A stretch of 64,000 nt of DNA from assembly GCF_964355755.1 (NCBI RefSeq), contig NC_092672.1:13578001-13642000 (forward strand), written 5' to 3'. The translations under genes were made by a program, and so were the position numbers. The first letter of the stretch is position 1. Each line of letters starts with the position of its first letter. The DNA is from Antedon mediterranea. Its lineage: Eukaryota; Animalia; Echinodermata. This document shows, in pieces, positions 1 to 13,588 of the stretch. A model generated the notes under the pieces. The model had not been told where the DNA came from, did no database searches, and saw nothing but the letters and a program-made list of their open reading frames with translations.

Positions 1-699
1 ACTTTCAACTAATCATTGTTCAGACCAATTGCTGCAGCAACATCATTCGTCCTAATAATACAACCTGAATAGATTGTTAAATCTTGCTGTTTCAATGCAC
101 TTGTCCGGATGATCAGATTTATCATATACACTACATACTATGTGGAGAATTCCACATATGGGAAATTCCATTTTAACGGACGTGACATTTTTACACTTCC
201 AAAGCAAATATATAAAATAATAAAAGACGCTTGCATCAACTTGTAACAAAATAAGACTTATGACCAGTAAAACTCTATTTTACCAAAATTTATTTAAAAT
301 ATTGCTTTGTTATGAAAATATACGCGGTTTTACTGTGTCACGTACCTGTACGTGACAGCGTCTTTTTTAGAATAACTGAAAATGTGACTTCATATGTAAA
401 TTTCAGCTCACTGGAAAAGATGAACATTTAGTGTTTCTACATGAAAACAAGTCTACACTAAATTGATGAAAAAAAGTTTTAAATTATTTTACCAATTTTA
501 ATTAATAGCTACTTAATTAATTGTAACGAACGTGACATAGGTGTCACGGATGTAACAGAGACACTTAATACTGTTACAAGTGTTTACTAATGTTATTTGT
601 TATAGATACCAATGGTCCAAGATGGTTCCAAACACAAACTTTTTAGTGGGCTTGTCTAGATTATTAAAAGGTTCTTACAGGTTCAACACTGAAATTAGA

Positions 700-1200
700 A
701 ATTATAATTAAAACTCAAATGTTGGCAACAGTTTAGCCATTATCTGAGATTCATCAACGACAGAAATGTCCTCATTTTGTGGCCAGACAAATTTCTGGCT
801 ATCACTAATTTTTTTTAAGAAGTTTACAGGCAGTGGATTTTCGCCAATGACGTGGCCTAAAAAATGGCGAGTACTTTTGGTTGATTTGTACTCTACCACC
901 ACCCAATCATCAAATTTAGTTGGTGATGTAGATGGTGAAGATTGTGGTATTGGAGCACTTCTGGGTGTACTTTTCGAAGACACCACAGAACATTGGTGAT
1001 AGAATTGGCTTCAGCTGCACATTTTGCAAATGATCTTGCATCTGTAACTTCCACCTGGCGGGCAAGCATTTTTCGCCACCCCTCTCTCTTGAAATTGCCA
1101 CCGATGCCAACTGCTCCTTTGCCATGTGACATAGCAAAAAAGTGCCAATTTACAGTAACTCCAATGTCTTCTTTTGAGAATGTTGTGTTTACAATGTTGT
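700..1200 (-). pseudogene. Degraded DNA transposase C-terminal fragment, Sola2-like
   Basis: Minus-strand translation VTVNWHFFAMSHGKGAV-GIGGNFKR resembles the WHFFATSHGKGxxDGIGG motif; a downstream frame gives DDWVVVEY...VNFLKK...KFVWPQNED; frameshifted. TGTCACGT-type repeats lie at about 330-560. Confidence 0.6.
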
Positions 1201-2124
1201 ACTTTTGTTAACCTGCACCAAACATGTCAATACCTTCCAATTCTGGTAGTCGTATTTTTAAATATTGTATTATGGGCTTATCACTTTAATACTTATTCTA
1301 GCTTACTTGTTTTTCTACTACTTTCATGGTATTTTGTAGTTTTTCTACCACCTATTTTCTGGACGCCCCAGACACTGTCCGTGTAATATAAAAACAAATT
1401 TGCATTCTGTCTTGATTAAGTCGAGGGCGAGGCCTGTCTCCACTCTTTACTGATTTTTCCCCAGTTACTGAATTGTTTTTCAGTTCTTCAATTATAAGTA
1501 GTTTTTTGGCCAGAACTTCAACACTTTTAGAAAATGGGTCTACTGGCCTTATGCACATGTCTTCAGTTCATTCATGGAATGGCCATTGTATCGGCTTCCA
1601 TCATCCTTAGGGTTTTTTTTTTTGCCTCTGACTTTTTTTTACCCCCTTTCTTAACTTATATACCTCCTTCTCAAGATTCTTTCCTTCTATTATCACTCAT
1701 TCTGAAAAAATAAAACCAAAAAATGTGTTTTATATTATTAGCAAATCAATGGTAAGAGACAAAACAGTACATACAGGTATATTGAAATAAATGTATTAGA
1801 GACCAATGTATTTTCCAGTAGATTTGTTAGATGCAACTCTATAGAGTAGAATATTGTAGGGCACTTCTTCATTAAAGTCAATTCACTCATTGAAAATTCT
1901 ATTCTATTATGCTTTGGTAATCATTAACATGGTATACAGTATAAAAATAATTTGGACACTTAAGTTATTACGTTGAAATGATGTACTTTTTCATTTCAGC
2001 AGCATATGGGCAGAATATCAAACATCTGTATGCCTATAATAAAGAATAATAAAGAAATAGTTACAATACTATAATAATGTTTAAGTAAGTACTGTATATG
2101 GAAAAACAATGAGGAATTTAATTT

Positions 2125-2340
2125 ATAGTCATCAAGTTTCTGCAATCCTTGTCCCATAACCATAATTTCCATTACAGCAAGCACATCTTTGGTTTTCAGC
2201 AAGTGTTAGTGAATTGCAGCCAACCTTCATGACTTGCCTCCACATCATCCACTGCCTTGTCCACTCAACTTTTCACCTTTTGCCACATTGCATGGCCAAT
2301 TTTAATTAGAAGCTTGTCATTTAGACAGAATTTAGACACC
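2125..2340 (-). pseudogene. Crypton-like tyrosine recombinase C-terminal remnant (diverged copy)
   Basis: LAVMEIMVMGQGLQKLDD is homologous to LA*REIAVVERGLQKLDD at about 10200-10260; DNA gtcatcaagtttctgcaatcct is shared. Confidence 0.4.
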
Positions 2341-3419
2341 CTAAAAAATACATAGAGTATAAGTTTGATAACATCACTTTACGCTAAAAACGAATTGTCC
2401 ATCATGGAACTTTCTTCCATGATGCCATCTTCTCTGTAATGATGTTGCCATTGTTTAGGATAATTTTCAAAAGTGGCTTAATTGGAACATTAAAAGGCTA
2501 TGAATTACTTGCATAATATTTCCTATTGATCAGTCCATTCTTGGATAATATATTGTATAACGAAACTTCTGGTCTTTGTTCCTCTTTGGATTACTTTTGT
2601 AAGAGGAAGGTGAGTAAGGCCACAGTTGTACGCCATGGACTTCAATCGAATGCAATACAGAAATATAATAACACGGAATCACTTTTGTCTTTAAGGTAAC
2701 ATTTATTATTTAACTCAATTAGGAATACACCCCCATCCAAACAAATAGAGGGCGGCGTTTACACCTTAACACTATCTAACATTTTTTTTTTAATGAATGA
2801 AACAAAATTGGGACGTTTAATATTAGGACGTTCAGGGTCTATTATGCCTGACAATATTAGTCTAACTTATAGGTTCTCGTTTCTCTGTCGATTTGTACTG
2901 CTTGTCTATCTTCAAGGTACGTTGTCTCGTATTTTACCACGACTTCAACCGTTCTATCTACCAACATAGCATCCAGTGGTGGTCTGTGGCAAGCCGCAAC
3001 AGGAACACTGCTGGGGGGATGGGGTCTTTTGTGAAGGGAAAGCAAGTTCCACGGGCAGCTGTACTTCTCTGTCTAACATCAGCATATTCGGGGTTTCCTC
3101 TGTTGACTCTCGAGGCGTGCATCTATACACAGACGTGGCGTAGTAACCATTCATCCCAATCCTTCTGTTTACAAACTGGGTCTAGCATTAAGGAAACTAT
3201 GGTCACTAATGTTCGATTAAACCTTTCTACCATTCTGTCCGATTTCGGATTAGACAGGGTAGTTCTTTTTTTTTATCCCTAAAAGGGTGCATATTTCTGC
3301 CAACACCTGGGACTTATTTCTTTATTTATTTATTTCCGCTGTCAGTCTCTGGTAACGGACCGAGGCTATCCATCGCCTTTTTGCTGGCACATGGATCGCA
3401 TGTCTGTAAACAGGTTCTA

Positions 3420-4008
3420 ACTGACAAATTCATTTGTGGCCAGTAATAGCGCTGCTTTAATTGTGCAAGCGTTTTGCGCTGCCCCAGATGACCACCATGT
3501 TTTCTCGCATGATGTAGGTACTACTATCTAACCGGTACGCTTGTTCTTGGCCATCATCAGATTCCCATCGTCTATACTGTACTCCTCTGCAAACAGTTAG
3601 TACCTCCCAAAGAACCCACAAGGGTCTATCAATCGGATCCACTTCACCCAACTCAGGTCGACGGCTTTCCGACTCTTTGACCCTAGTCACCCAAGATAAT
3701 GACGGGTCCTTCAACTGTTCCTCACAAAGATTGAGGTACTCATGTCTGGTATCAACCTTGTCAACCTTAGAAATGGATGAGGCGAAATGCCTGGTTTTCC
3801 TGGTTCTGTATCAGCTGCATCCGCATCATTGTTAGTTCGTCCGCACTGTTTACAAGGGCGACGAGACAGAGCGTCAGCATTCCCATGTCGGGACCCCAGG
3901 TGGTGTTGTATTTCTAACTGGCAATTATCTCAAACACACCCGAGCTAGCTGCCGTTCTGGATTCTTGAAATTCATGAGCCATTTTAACGAAGCATGTTCG
4001 GTACTGAT
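3420..4008 (-). mobile_element. Ty3/Gypsy pol fragment (RNase H end to integrase linker)
   Basis: Translation ISTEHASLKWLMNFKNPERQLAR...HGNADALSRRPC, then LWVLWEVLTVCRGVQYRRWESDDG; disrupted. Confidence 0.8.
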
Positions 4009-4214
4009 TTTTAGAGGCCTCCCATAAATACTATCTTTAAGCCAGGAGTTAACGGCGGGTCACGTAATACTTCCTTTTGGCATTTGAAATCATGGCAATT
4101 GAAGTATTTTTTTCTCTTATAATTTGACGACAGGAAATCAAATGGATTACTAAACATTTTAAAATTTTGCATTAGGGTCTTGAAGTCTTCATTCTGTTTG
4201 GGGTTACCCATACC

Positions 4215-6896
4215 TTATCATAAATTTTGACGTTACAAACATCATCAACTCTAACGATCTGTTTAGTTATTCTGCACGCCTTAATATTTACTAAACATTG
4301 AACATCATTCTTCTGATTTTCTAAAACTACTGAACCATATCAGACAACCATAAACTAAGACACTTTCCATGACCGACTTATAAAATAGACCTACTATTGT
4401 GTTGTCAACATTAAACGAGTTTAATTTTCTTAAAAAGTACAATCTATAGTTACCCTTAGACATGATCGTTTTACAATGTTCACCCCAATTAAGCTTGTTG
4501 TCAATTACCATTCCAAGATATTTATATTTGGACACAATATCAATATCAACTTAATTGATTTTAACCTGAGCATAATCCGGTTGATTAGAACTATTTCGGA
4601 AGTCAAAAATCATTTCTTTAGTTTTACATTCGTTAATAACTAAACGATTATCTACACACCATGTAATAAATGAATTCACTGAGTTTCTATACAATGTCTC
4701 GTCATTCTTATCAATTAAACCTAATAAGACAGTATCGTTGGCGTACTTCAACAAATAATTGTTCGGATGAATAGATTTACAATCATTTGTATACAAAACA
4801 TATAATAGCGGCGAGAGAACACAACCTTGTGGGGATCCGACATTACAGTAGTTATCTGTTTATCCGAATTGAGTCCCCGATATTGACACACGTTGTACTC
4901 TATTACTTAAAAAGCTAATAATCCATGTTATAAGATAAGGATTTACGTTCATATCACTAAGTTTCCTAATTAGAATGCTAGGTTGCAATGTATTGAATGC
5001 AGAGGAAAAATGTACAAAAGTATCAACATGACTCTGAATCAAATGGACAAGTGTAAGAACAGCATCATCTACACACTTGTGTGGTAGGAAAGCAAATTGC
5101 AAAGGATCAAGAAGCGGAGATAAAGGGGCAATAAGATGTTTACTATAATCTTTTCAAAGCACTTCATAACAATAGGGGTAAGTGCTACCGGACGAAAGTC
5201 ATTCAATTGATTAGGGCGGGCTCTTTTAGGGACAGGGATAATTGTTGACGATTTCCAGCAGATAGGCACATGGTGTAGATCCAGGGATTTTTGGAACAAA
5301 ATGGTAAAAGGGACCGCTAATTGTTCAGCACACATACCAAGTACTCGAGCGCTAACGTTATCAGGTCCGCCTGCCTTTCTTTTGTTCACTTTCCGAAATT
5401 GTTGGTAAACATCCTGTTTATCTATAACAATGCGGTCTTCTATATTAATTAACTCATTAAAGGACTCATTATCATTATCATTCTCAAATCGTGAATAAAA
5501 CTTATTTAAATCATTGGCAAATTCATAAGGATGTTCAAAAACCGAAATTATTATTATTACTATTTTTCTTATCCATACCAGTCATGTTGTACAAACATTT
5601 CCAAGCGTCACGTGGGTTATTTGATAATTTTATTTTGTACTTAAATTTAGCGTCATTTATTTCTAATTTAATTTCGTCTTTTAGAATACCTAACTTTACT
5701 AAATCCCTGTCTTTATGGGCTTTACATCTATCTCTTAGCAAACTCTTTAATTTTTAAGGTTTATCATTACCAAACACTTTAATAGTCCTTGTCTTAACAA
5801 ATTGTTCTTCACAAAATGTAATATATGCACAGTATCAACAGCATCATCGGACCATATCTTCACCGAATGCTTTAGAGGTTTTTTACTAATAAACCTTTGC
5901 TTGTAAGATGGTAGAAGGTGGATAACATTATGATCAGAGTTGCCGATTCCAGGAGCGATGTAGCACTCTGGTTGGTTTGTTGACGCATTTTACGAAATTA
6001 GGAAAAGAATTCGACAATTCTTTATCACAGTGGTTAAAATCACCCATAATCAGTTTAGGCGAATCTGGAGATTTATCTGAAACTTCATGTACAGTATCGG
6101 TAACGATCTTAGCTGCTTTATTCGCGTCCGCATCTGGGGGAATATATGCTAAAATAACATATTAAGTTCATTAAACTCCCTAGGCAAGTAAAACGGTCGA
6201 AAAGCTACGCACATAAGTTCGATGTTCACATCACATAGTCTTCTTGTTGACGTTACTGAACCAATGATTATTCACAAACATACACATTACAAAATACCCC
6301 CTAATTTACTTTTCCCAGTCATTGTAGCATCTCGATCAAGTCACAATAAATTAAAGCCATCAATACTTACAGAGTTATCATTAATCGTTGAAGATAACCA
6401 AGTTTCCGTAAAACAGACTAGTCTTGATTCCCTCAAGTTGGTTAGAAATTTTGTACAGGCACGGATTTCATCAACTTTATTTACGATTGATCTAACGTTG
6501 CTCATAGTTATAACTGGAAGCGGTAGACGGTGTGGATTTTTCCTATTTCGTCGCTTTAAGCCTCCTCTGTGTCCTCTTTTCCTGGGTTTAACTGCAACGT
6601 CATTCCGATTTGGCACCCATTCTGGAATAATGGGGCTCGGCATCCGGGATGCTTGGCTTGGTGTTGATATGCCAAGCGCTAGCAGCACATCACGATCGTA
6701 GCTTAGTAGCTTAAAACGGCAAAAAATGCGAAAAAACTCACAATCCAGACAAAGAAAAACGTATCCATACTCTCAGAAACTAAGTATGAATTGAAATTCG
6801 CAAAATTACAGCACACATAATACAATAAAAACGATAAAAATAAATATGTTAGAAGAGCAAATTGAACGTCCCGCGTCGCCGATGAACAGCGCCGCT
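4215..6896 (-). mobile_element. Degenerate Rex1/Babar-clade LINE (APE endonuclease + RT)
   Basis: RKRGHRGG...LPVITMSNVRSIVNKVDE...CFTETWL (APE start); KAGGPDNV, LNDFRPVALTPIVMKCFEK, FSSAFNT, QGCVLSP, KYANDT, YKYLG, RLYFLRKL; many frameshifts. Confidence 0.9.
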
Positions 6897-7297
6897 TTTT
6901 ATCACCCTCCTTAGTCTACTTCTCTAAAAAAGATAAGTGAATCGGTTGATATGGGTCTGTATTTGCTAGCCATCTGCCATATCTCTCCCTATAACGAGCA
7001 TTTTAGCCGGAAGCCTGTTGTTTTACTTTCATTTCATAGAGTGAGTTTAATTTTAGTTTATAAATGTATTCTTGGTTTACAAAACTAAATTTAAGTCGGT
7101 CCTGCTTTGATTAGTAATATCTTCTGTGAATTTCTTGCGGTATATTTTTTTGCAAGGTCAGGTCCTATTTTAGACAAATATATGTTTGAAATTATTTGTT
7201 ATCACTGGTTTTTAGGTTGGATATTTCTGTATTTATACTCTTTGCTGGAAAAATTTACATGTCAAGATGCTTGGAAATTTTATTTGAACAATAATCG

Positions 7298-7405
7298 GCG
7301 TATCCGGACTACCACCCGGACAATTACCCCTAGGACAACTACGACCCAGACAACTACCCACTAGGACAATTATCCCGTAGGACAACTACCCTCTAGTACA
7401 ACTTT
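7298..7405 (+). repeat. GGACAA(C/T)TACCC tandem repeats, probable solo foldback/MULE-type terminus
   Basis: About 6 degenerate copies of ggacaactaccc after a GG start; no partner end seen. Confidence 0.55.
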
Positions 7406-7849
7406 ATTTAGATTCCCTCGAATCTGGGACTTAATCCTGTCAGATTTCCAGGACATATCCGTAGACCTACTTGATGTTAAAACTTTTTTTGTTAAACTTA
7501 AACAAGTAATCTACGAAAGAAAACGTTAGTGTTGTTTTATCTTTTATTTATATTTTATACCTACAAACTTATATTTCGCGGTACATCTGAGATTGTGCTA
7601 TTATTAACCATAATTTATATATAGATTATGTTATTGTATGAAGCAATGGTCAGAACGGAATTGAACGATAGGATTTTTAGACGACTGGACTAGGATAGTA
7701 ACATTTAGATGAAAGCATTCAGCTATACTGTTTACAAAACACATGAAAAGTTTTTGTTGCTTTGTTTTGTTTTTATTTTCAAACATTTGCATTTGTTCAA
7801 TTGAATTGAACTAATCAATTAATTTTTTGTTTTGTATTTTACATTGTAC

Positions 7850-8385
7850 TGGCATTAGGTTCGTAAACTCTTCCACAGACAAATTTAATGATTTGAAAAT
7901 GTCCACATTGCACATCACGATCTCATCATCGTCTGTCAGAAGATTTAGTTTTCTGTGGAAAGAAAACAAACGTTGCGTTAGTGAAGTTATTTACATTTTG
8001 ATACATATGCCTACTATTCTGAATCAATTTCTTCGTCTACAGCAGTGATGGTGAGTTGTAAGTTTTATCGGATTCGTCTACCTGTGTGAAGAAAATGGAA
8101 AAGGGAAACGTTTTCTTTTGTCATCTTGTAGGTATATTAATTGTGCAAGAAGGCGAGAGAAGCTGTACGTGGTTTGCTCAAATAGATGGATATATAGAAC
8201 TTATCTTGTAACTTTCAATTGACTATGGGGAACCAAAATTATCATGTTCTTCTCATTTATGATTGTTAAATCTAAAGACTTCACTTGTTGTACGTCATTG
8301 TAGATCTCGATTTTGACGTTGCTGAATGTCACGGTATTGCCAATGTTTGCATCGGTTATCATTTCACTGTGGCAGCCCCATTGCT
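7850..8385 (-). pseudogene. Possible OB-fold (RPA-like) protein remnant
   Basis: WGCHSEMITDANIGNTVTFSNVKIEIYNDVQQVKSLDLTII resembles OB-fold strands; weak, by eye only. Confidence 0.3.
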
Positions 8386-10194
8386 TACATTTATTTTTTT
8401 GGACTGTCTGTCGTCTTCGCCGTCTGCGAGAAAGATATCCCGCCTTTTCCAGCCACTTCCCTCTCTGATTGGAAAAACATGTAAGGATGTGATGTGTAAT
8501 ATTTTCATTTTCTTATGCTCAATATATTTTATGCATATGACCTTATTAGTTTAATAAAAGTTAATGGGAATCTATAATAACTACAATTAATACTGCACCT
8601 CAGCTATTGTGTCCTTTAAGCTAATTATCCTTTTCGCTGGCAAAACTAAAGTCTCTGACATGGTATGTTCTGTCAAAGGCAGATGTTTGAAAAATCTAGA
8701 AAAAAAGTGTTATATAAATAATGTGGATTGTTATATGGTACATATACTATGTATCTATAGACAAACTTCCACCAATGGCAGTGGTAGAATGAAATGAAAA
8801 TGAAGAACTAAAAATACTGGTAGTAGAGGACTTCAAATCATCTTCATTATTAATATCTTCATTAAAAAAATTCCCAAAGCTTTTTCATTGATGTTGGTAG
8901 AGGAAACTGTCGTATTGCATCAACTTTATCAGCATGTCATTCCAGTCATGTCCATTTACTATTGTAGCATAAACTGTCATCAGTAATTGGAGGTCATTTT
9001 GTGTTCATTCCATTTGAAATAAGTGAAACAGAAAAGGGGTAAAGTGCCCCAATACATGCAGTTTTTGTATTTTAGTTTAAACTTACCTTCCATCTTCAGA
9101 AGATGACAGTTTTGATGAACTGGAAGCACTTGGGAAAGCGGTTATAGTACTTGAATTACTTAATCTATCAATTCCAGATATTGATGAAATTATAAAGAAC
9201 AACTCTTAAACATTTCTTATGACACAGTGACAGTTTGGAATGGAAAATAGGACATTAGGATTAATTAATTTTAACACTAAAAAGAACTTTATAGAAAGAG
9301 TCAATCTTAATTTCACCTCACCTCAGCACCAGCTGGTATAGATTTTTAGTACTAATGTTTTATAAGCTTACCTGTGATGTCATCGTTTTCTTCTGCTTCA
9401 AAAGTTTCATCTGCTGATCAATAATAAATGAAAAGGTAACAATTTAATATATAATTATATATTCCTAATATCTATCTGTACAATAAGTGCTTTGATTGTA
9501 TTGAAGAACTTAAGATCTACCATAACATTTGTTTCCATGTTTAGAACCAATAAATATATGGTCTTGATTTTATGCCACTCTGGAATTGTCTATTCTATTA
9601 GCAAAAGAAGTATTCTCTTTACATACTTTGTTTATAAACTATATTAAAGCTTACCTTTAAAATTATTCATTTCTACTTCTCGGCTTCTGGGTTATCTCCT
9701 ATAGAAAAACACAATAAAATAATTTTTGTGGATTTTTTTTTTCTTTTATGTTGAACCAAAGAAACGATAAGGAATAAATTACCTACGTGACGTTTCGTAA
9801 GTAAGTAAAAGTAAAAAAAAAAATCCACGAAAATATTTTTTGGAACCAGATGAATTTATTCAATACAATAAAATAATTAATTTTAAAAAAATTAAATTTT
9901 CTGTTTAAGTTTCTTATTCTTCTTACCTTCCCTTAATTTGACAAAATTTGCTGATTTTTCAATTACCTACCGGCAGAACAGGTAAGTAAAAGATGTACTG
10001 TGTTGGTAATAAGCTGTACGGACTATATAAAGGGAAGGAAATATTTTGGGATAATCTAGGTTTTGGCAAGATTTTGGTTTTTAAGGTGTTTAGTTGCATT
10101 GTACCAAGCAACAATGCCTATTTTTTTTTTTTTTCAAAGAGGAATTATGGAGAGGACAGAAAGATTTAGAAAATGGAATTTAAAAACCATTTTA

Positions 10195-10515
10195 ATTTAC
10201 TGTCATCAAGTTTCTGCAATCCTCGTTCCACAACCGCAATTTCCCTTTAAGCAAGAGGGTCTTGATATAGTATGTTAACGTTGGTGTCTTTGCTGTTTCG
10301 TAAGTGTTTATTGATAAATTCCCTTTGTGTTGCAGGAATGTCCATCAGTGCAAACTCGGTTGATACCCTGTGGTGGGTTTTCGTTGCTGTTATCAGGTGT
10401 CTTTTTTCTAGCTTCACTTTTTCACATACTGTATGTGAAACTGTCTGTCATCGCTTTCTGCGAGAAAGATATCTCGTCTTTTCCAGCCACTTCTCTCTCT
10501 GATTTGAAAAACCTG
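10195..10515 (-). pseudogene. Crypton-like tyrosine recombinase C-terminal exon remnant, copy 1
   Basis: LITATKTHHRVSTEFALMDIPATQREFINKHLRNSKDTNVNILYQDPLA* resembles a decayed HxxR...H(M/L)GHS...Y tyrosine-recombinase tail; stops present. Confidence 0.6.
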
Positions 10516-11409
10516 TAATGATGTGATGTGTAATACTTTCATTTTCTTATGCTCAATATATTTTATGCATATGACCTTATTAGTTTAAAAAAAGTTAATG
10601 AGAATCTATATAACTTATACTGTGTTTAAAAGTTAAGTACATACAAATTACTGCTTAAACGGATATAGTCTGCATTAGGTTTTTTCCTTTACACACAGGT
10701 GGTTGTGATTGTATTGAAGAACTTAAGATCTACCATAACATTTGTTTCCATGTTTAGAACCAATAAATATAATGGTCTTGATTTTATGCCACTCTGGAAT
10801 TGTCTATTCTATTAGCAAAAGAAGTATTCTCTTTACATACTTTGTTTATAAACTATATTAAAGCTTACCTTTAAAATTATTCATTTCTATTTCTCGGCTT
10901 CTGGGTTATCTCCTATAGAAAAACTCAATAAAATAATTTTTGTGGATTTTTTTTTTCTTTTATGTTGAACCAAAGAAACGATAAAGAATAAATTACCTTC
11001 GTGAACGTTTCGTAAGTAAGTAAAAAGTAAAAAAAAAAAAATCCACAAAAATATTTTTTTGAACCAGATGAATTTATTCAATACAATAAAATAATTAATT
11101 TAAAAAAATTAAATTTTCTGTTTAAGTTTCTTATTCTTCTTACCTTACCTTAATTTGACAAAATTTGCTGATTTTTCAATTACCTACTGGCAGAACAGGT
11201 AAGTAAAAGATGTACTGTGTTGGTAATAAGCTGTACGGACTATATAAAGGGAAGGAAATATTTTGGGATAATTTAGGTTTTGGCAAGATTCTGGTTTTTA
11301 AGGTGTTTAGTTGCATTGTACCAAGCAACAATGCCTATTTTTTTTATGTATGGAAGGAGAGGACAGAAAGATTAAGAAAATGGAATTTAAAAACCATTAA
11401 AAATTTAAT

Positions 11410-11720
11410 TTACTGTCATCAAGTTTCTGCAATCCTCGTTCCACAACCGTAATTTCCCTTTAAGCAAGAGGGTCTTGATATGTTAACGTTTGTGTCTTTG
11501 CTGTGTCGTAAGTGTTTATTGATAAATTCCCTTTGTGTTGCAGGAATGTCCATCAGTGCAAACTCGGTTGATACCCTGTGGTGGGTTTTCGTTGCTGTTA
11601 TCAGGTGTCTTTTTCTAGCTTCACTTTTTCACATACTGTATGTGAAACTGTCTGTCGTCGCTTTCTGCGAGAAAGATATCTCGTCTTTTCCAGCCACTTC
11701 TCTCTCTGATTTGAAAAACC
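11410..11720 (-). pseudogene. Crypton-like tyrosine recombinase C-terminal exon remnant, copy 2
   Basis: Duplicate of 10195-10515 with small indels. Confidence 0.6.
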
Positions 11721-13454
11721 TGTAATGATGTGATGTGTAATACTTTCATTTTCTTATGCTCAATATATTTTATGCATATGACCTTATTAGTTTAAAAAAA
11801 GTTAATGGGAATCTATATAACTACAATTAATACTGCACCTCAGCTGTGGCCTTTAAGCTAATTCTCCTTTTCGCTGGCAAAACTAAAGTCTCTGACACGA
11901 GGGTTGTAAAATTCCGTCAGTTTGGACTGGGGTATGTCAAAGGCTGACGTTAGAAAAATCTAGAAAAAAGTGTTATATATAAATAATGTGGATTGTTATA
12001 ATGGTACATAGGGTAGGCATAAGTTAAATTTAAGTACATACAAATTACTGCTTAAACGGATATAGTTTGCATTAGGTTTTTTCCTTTACACACAGGTGGT
12101 TTCATACACCTCAAAGTTTTCGTCCATAGTGAAACAAAAGCAATGGTCACTATGTAGCATTGATGTTGAAAGAATATAAACTGCTACAAAAGACATCTGT
12201 TGAAATAAAGAAGCGACTAATTAAATAACACTATAAATTGTTGTTGTACACAAGATTTCTACGTAACGTTAACTCATTACAGGTTGGTTACAGCGGTTAC
12301 GAAAACATTTTAAAACATTAAAGTTACACATCCTTTTTAAGGATTATCTTGTAAATGATCAATTGATTAAATGGCTAATTGTAATAATTAAAACAAGACG
12401 ACATTTATTGTAATTGTGAGAGCATGTACGCTTTGAAACTTGCTTTTAAGTTGTGTCGAGCACATGTGCATACTGTATCAGTATATCCTGTACCAAAAAA
12501 TCATGACGATATTGTTTTGAATATGAACATATTTTCTACGTACGTTCAAAGCCGCTTTTGTTATTATAATACAAACTTTTTTTTCAGGTGGGGGCGATGT
12601 TGCTTCTGATTCGTTCCCATCATGCATCGCGAACTGGCTAAACCTTATTGCACGACGGTATGGTTATAAGTGTCAATATAGACGAGAACTTGCATTATTT
12701 TAGAAAAAAAAAAGTTGTTAAATTACATTTTTCACTTTATAGAATTTTTGCTTAAACGGAACATTAACTTGAAGCAAGTTAATATTGCCGTTTATTTTGG
12801 TATTTTTGGCGACAATTGCATGCCATAGTCGTAATTCTGTTTCGTTCGTCATCGCCCGTTCTCTCTCTCCTCGGCCGGACACGCATGTTGTGTATTAGCT
12901 AGCTGGTTTGTGAGACAAAAATAAATATGGAATATTAGTTTGACGTTTACAGTACTATCATAGAGGAAATTTAATTGAATTTTTATTTTCTCCCCACCCC
13001 TGAGAAAATAGGACAATAAACGTGTTTAAGACCTAAAGAATAATTGTACCGATGATGTGGTTATGTATTTATTACAAAATAATTCCACGTCAAATGTATA
13101 GTGTGGTACACATCTAAAAAAATAGATGTTAACATCAAATATCCTCATTCCCGAGATGGGTTTTTTAACAGATTTTTAAAGACGTTTTTACCAATTTTGG
13201 GGTAGGCGGTAATACAAATAGCCATAAGTACAGTTTTCTTTGAACAAATCATTCATTCTTGGTATCAATGTATATTATATAGTATTGTCTGCTCTACAAG
13301 TAGGATATAATAGTAATAAGTGGTAATTAAATAATTGATGACATACAAAAGGTCACAATATTTTTGAAAATGGAAAAATTCTGGTATCTACAAACATGTC
13401 AATATATATTTATATATACGTTAAGTCTGGAAAAGAAGTAAAAACTACAGTTTG

Positions 13455-13503
13455 GTCTCTACAGGCTTGTTTCGTGAGTCGTGAAACTCACTCATCAGGA
13501 GAC
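13455..13503 (-). ncRNA. Minimal type I hammerhead ribozyme
   Basis: Minus strand reads gtctc CTGATGA gtgagt ttcacg actcac GAAAC aagcct GTA gagac: stem I, core, 6-bp stem II, GAAA and GUA cleavage triplet. Confidence 0.92.
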
Positions 13504-13588
13504 TATAATGAGAAGAATCAATTACAACGTTGCTTATAAGCACATTTACTTGTAGAATTAGCATTTGCAGGTGATATGTTTTGGAATG

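Larger units (their letters stand above)
9493..11822. repeat. Tandem duplication of about 1.21 kb (9493-10620 and 10706-11822), with a third partial copy at about 8405-8740 / 11650-12010
   Basis: Near-identical sequence starting tgattgtattgaagaacttaagatctacc at 9493 and 10706. Confidence 0.95.
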
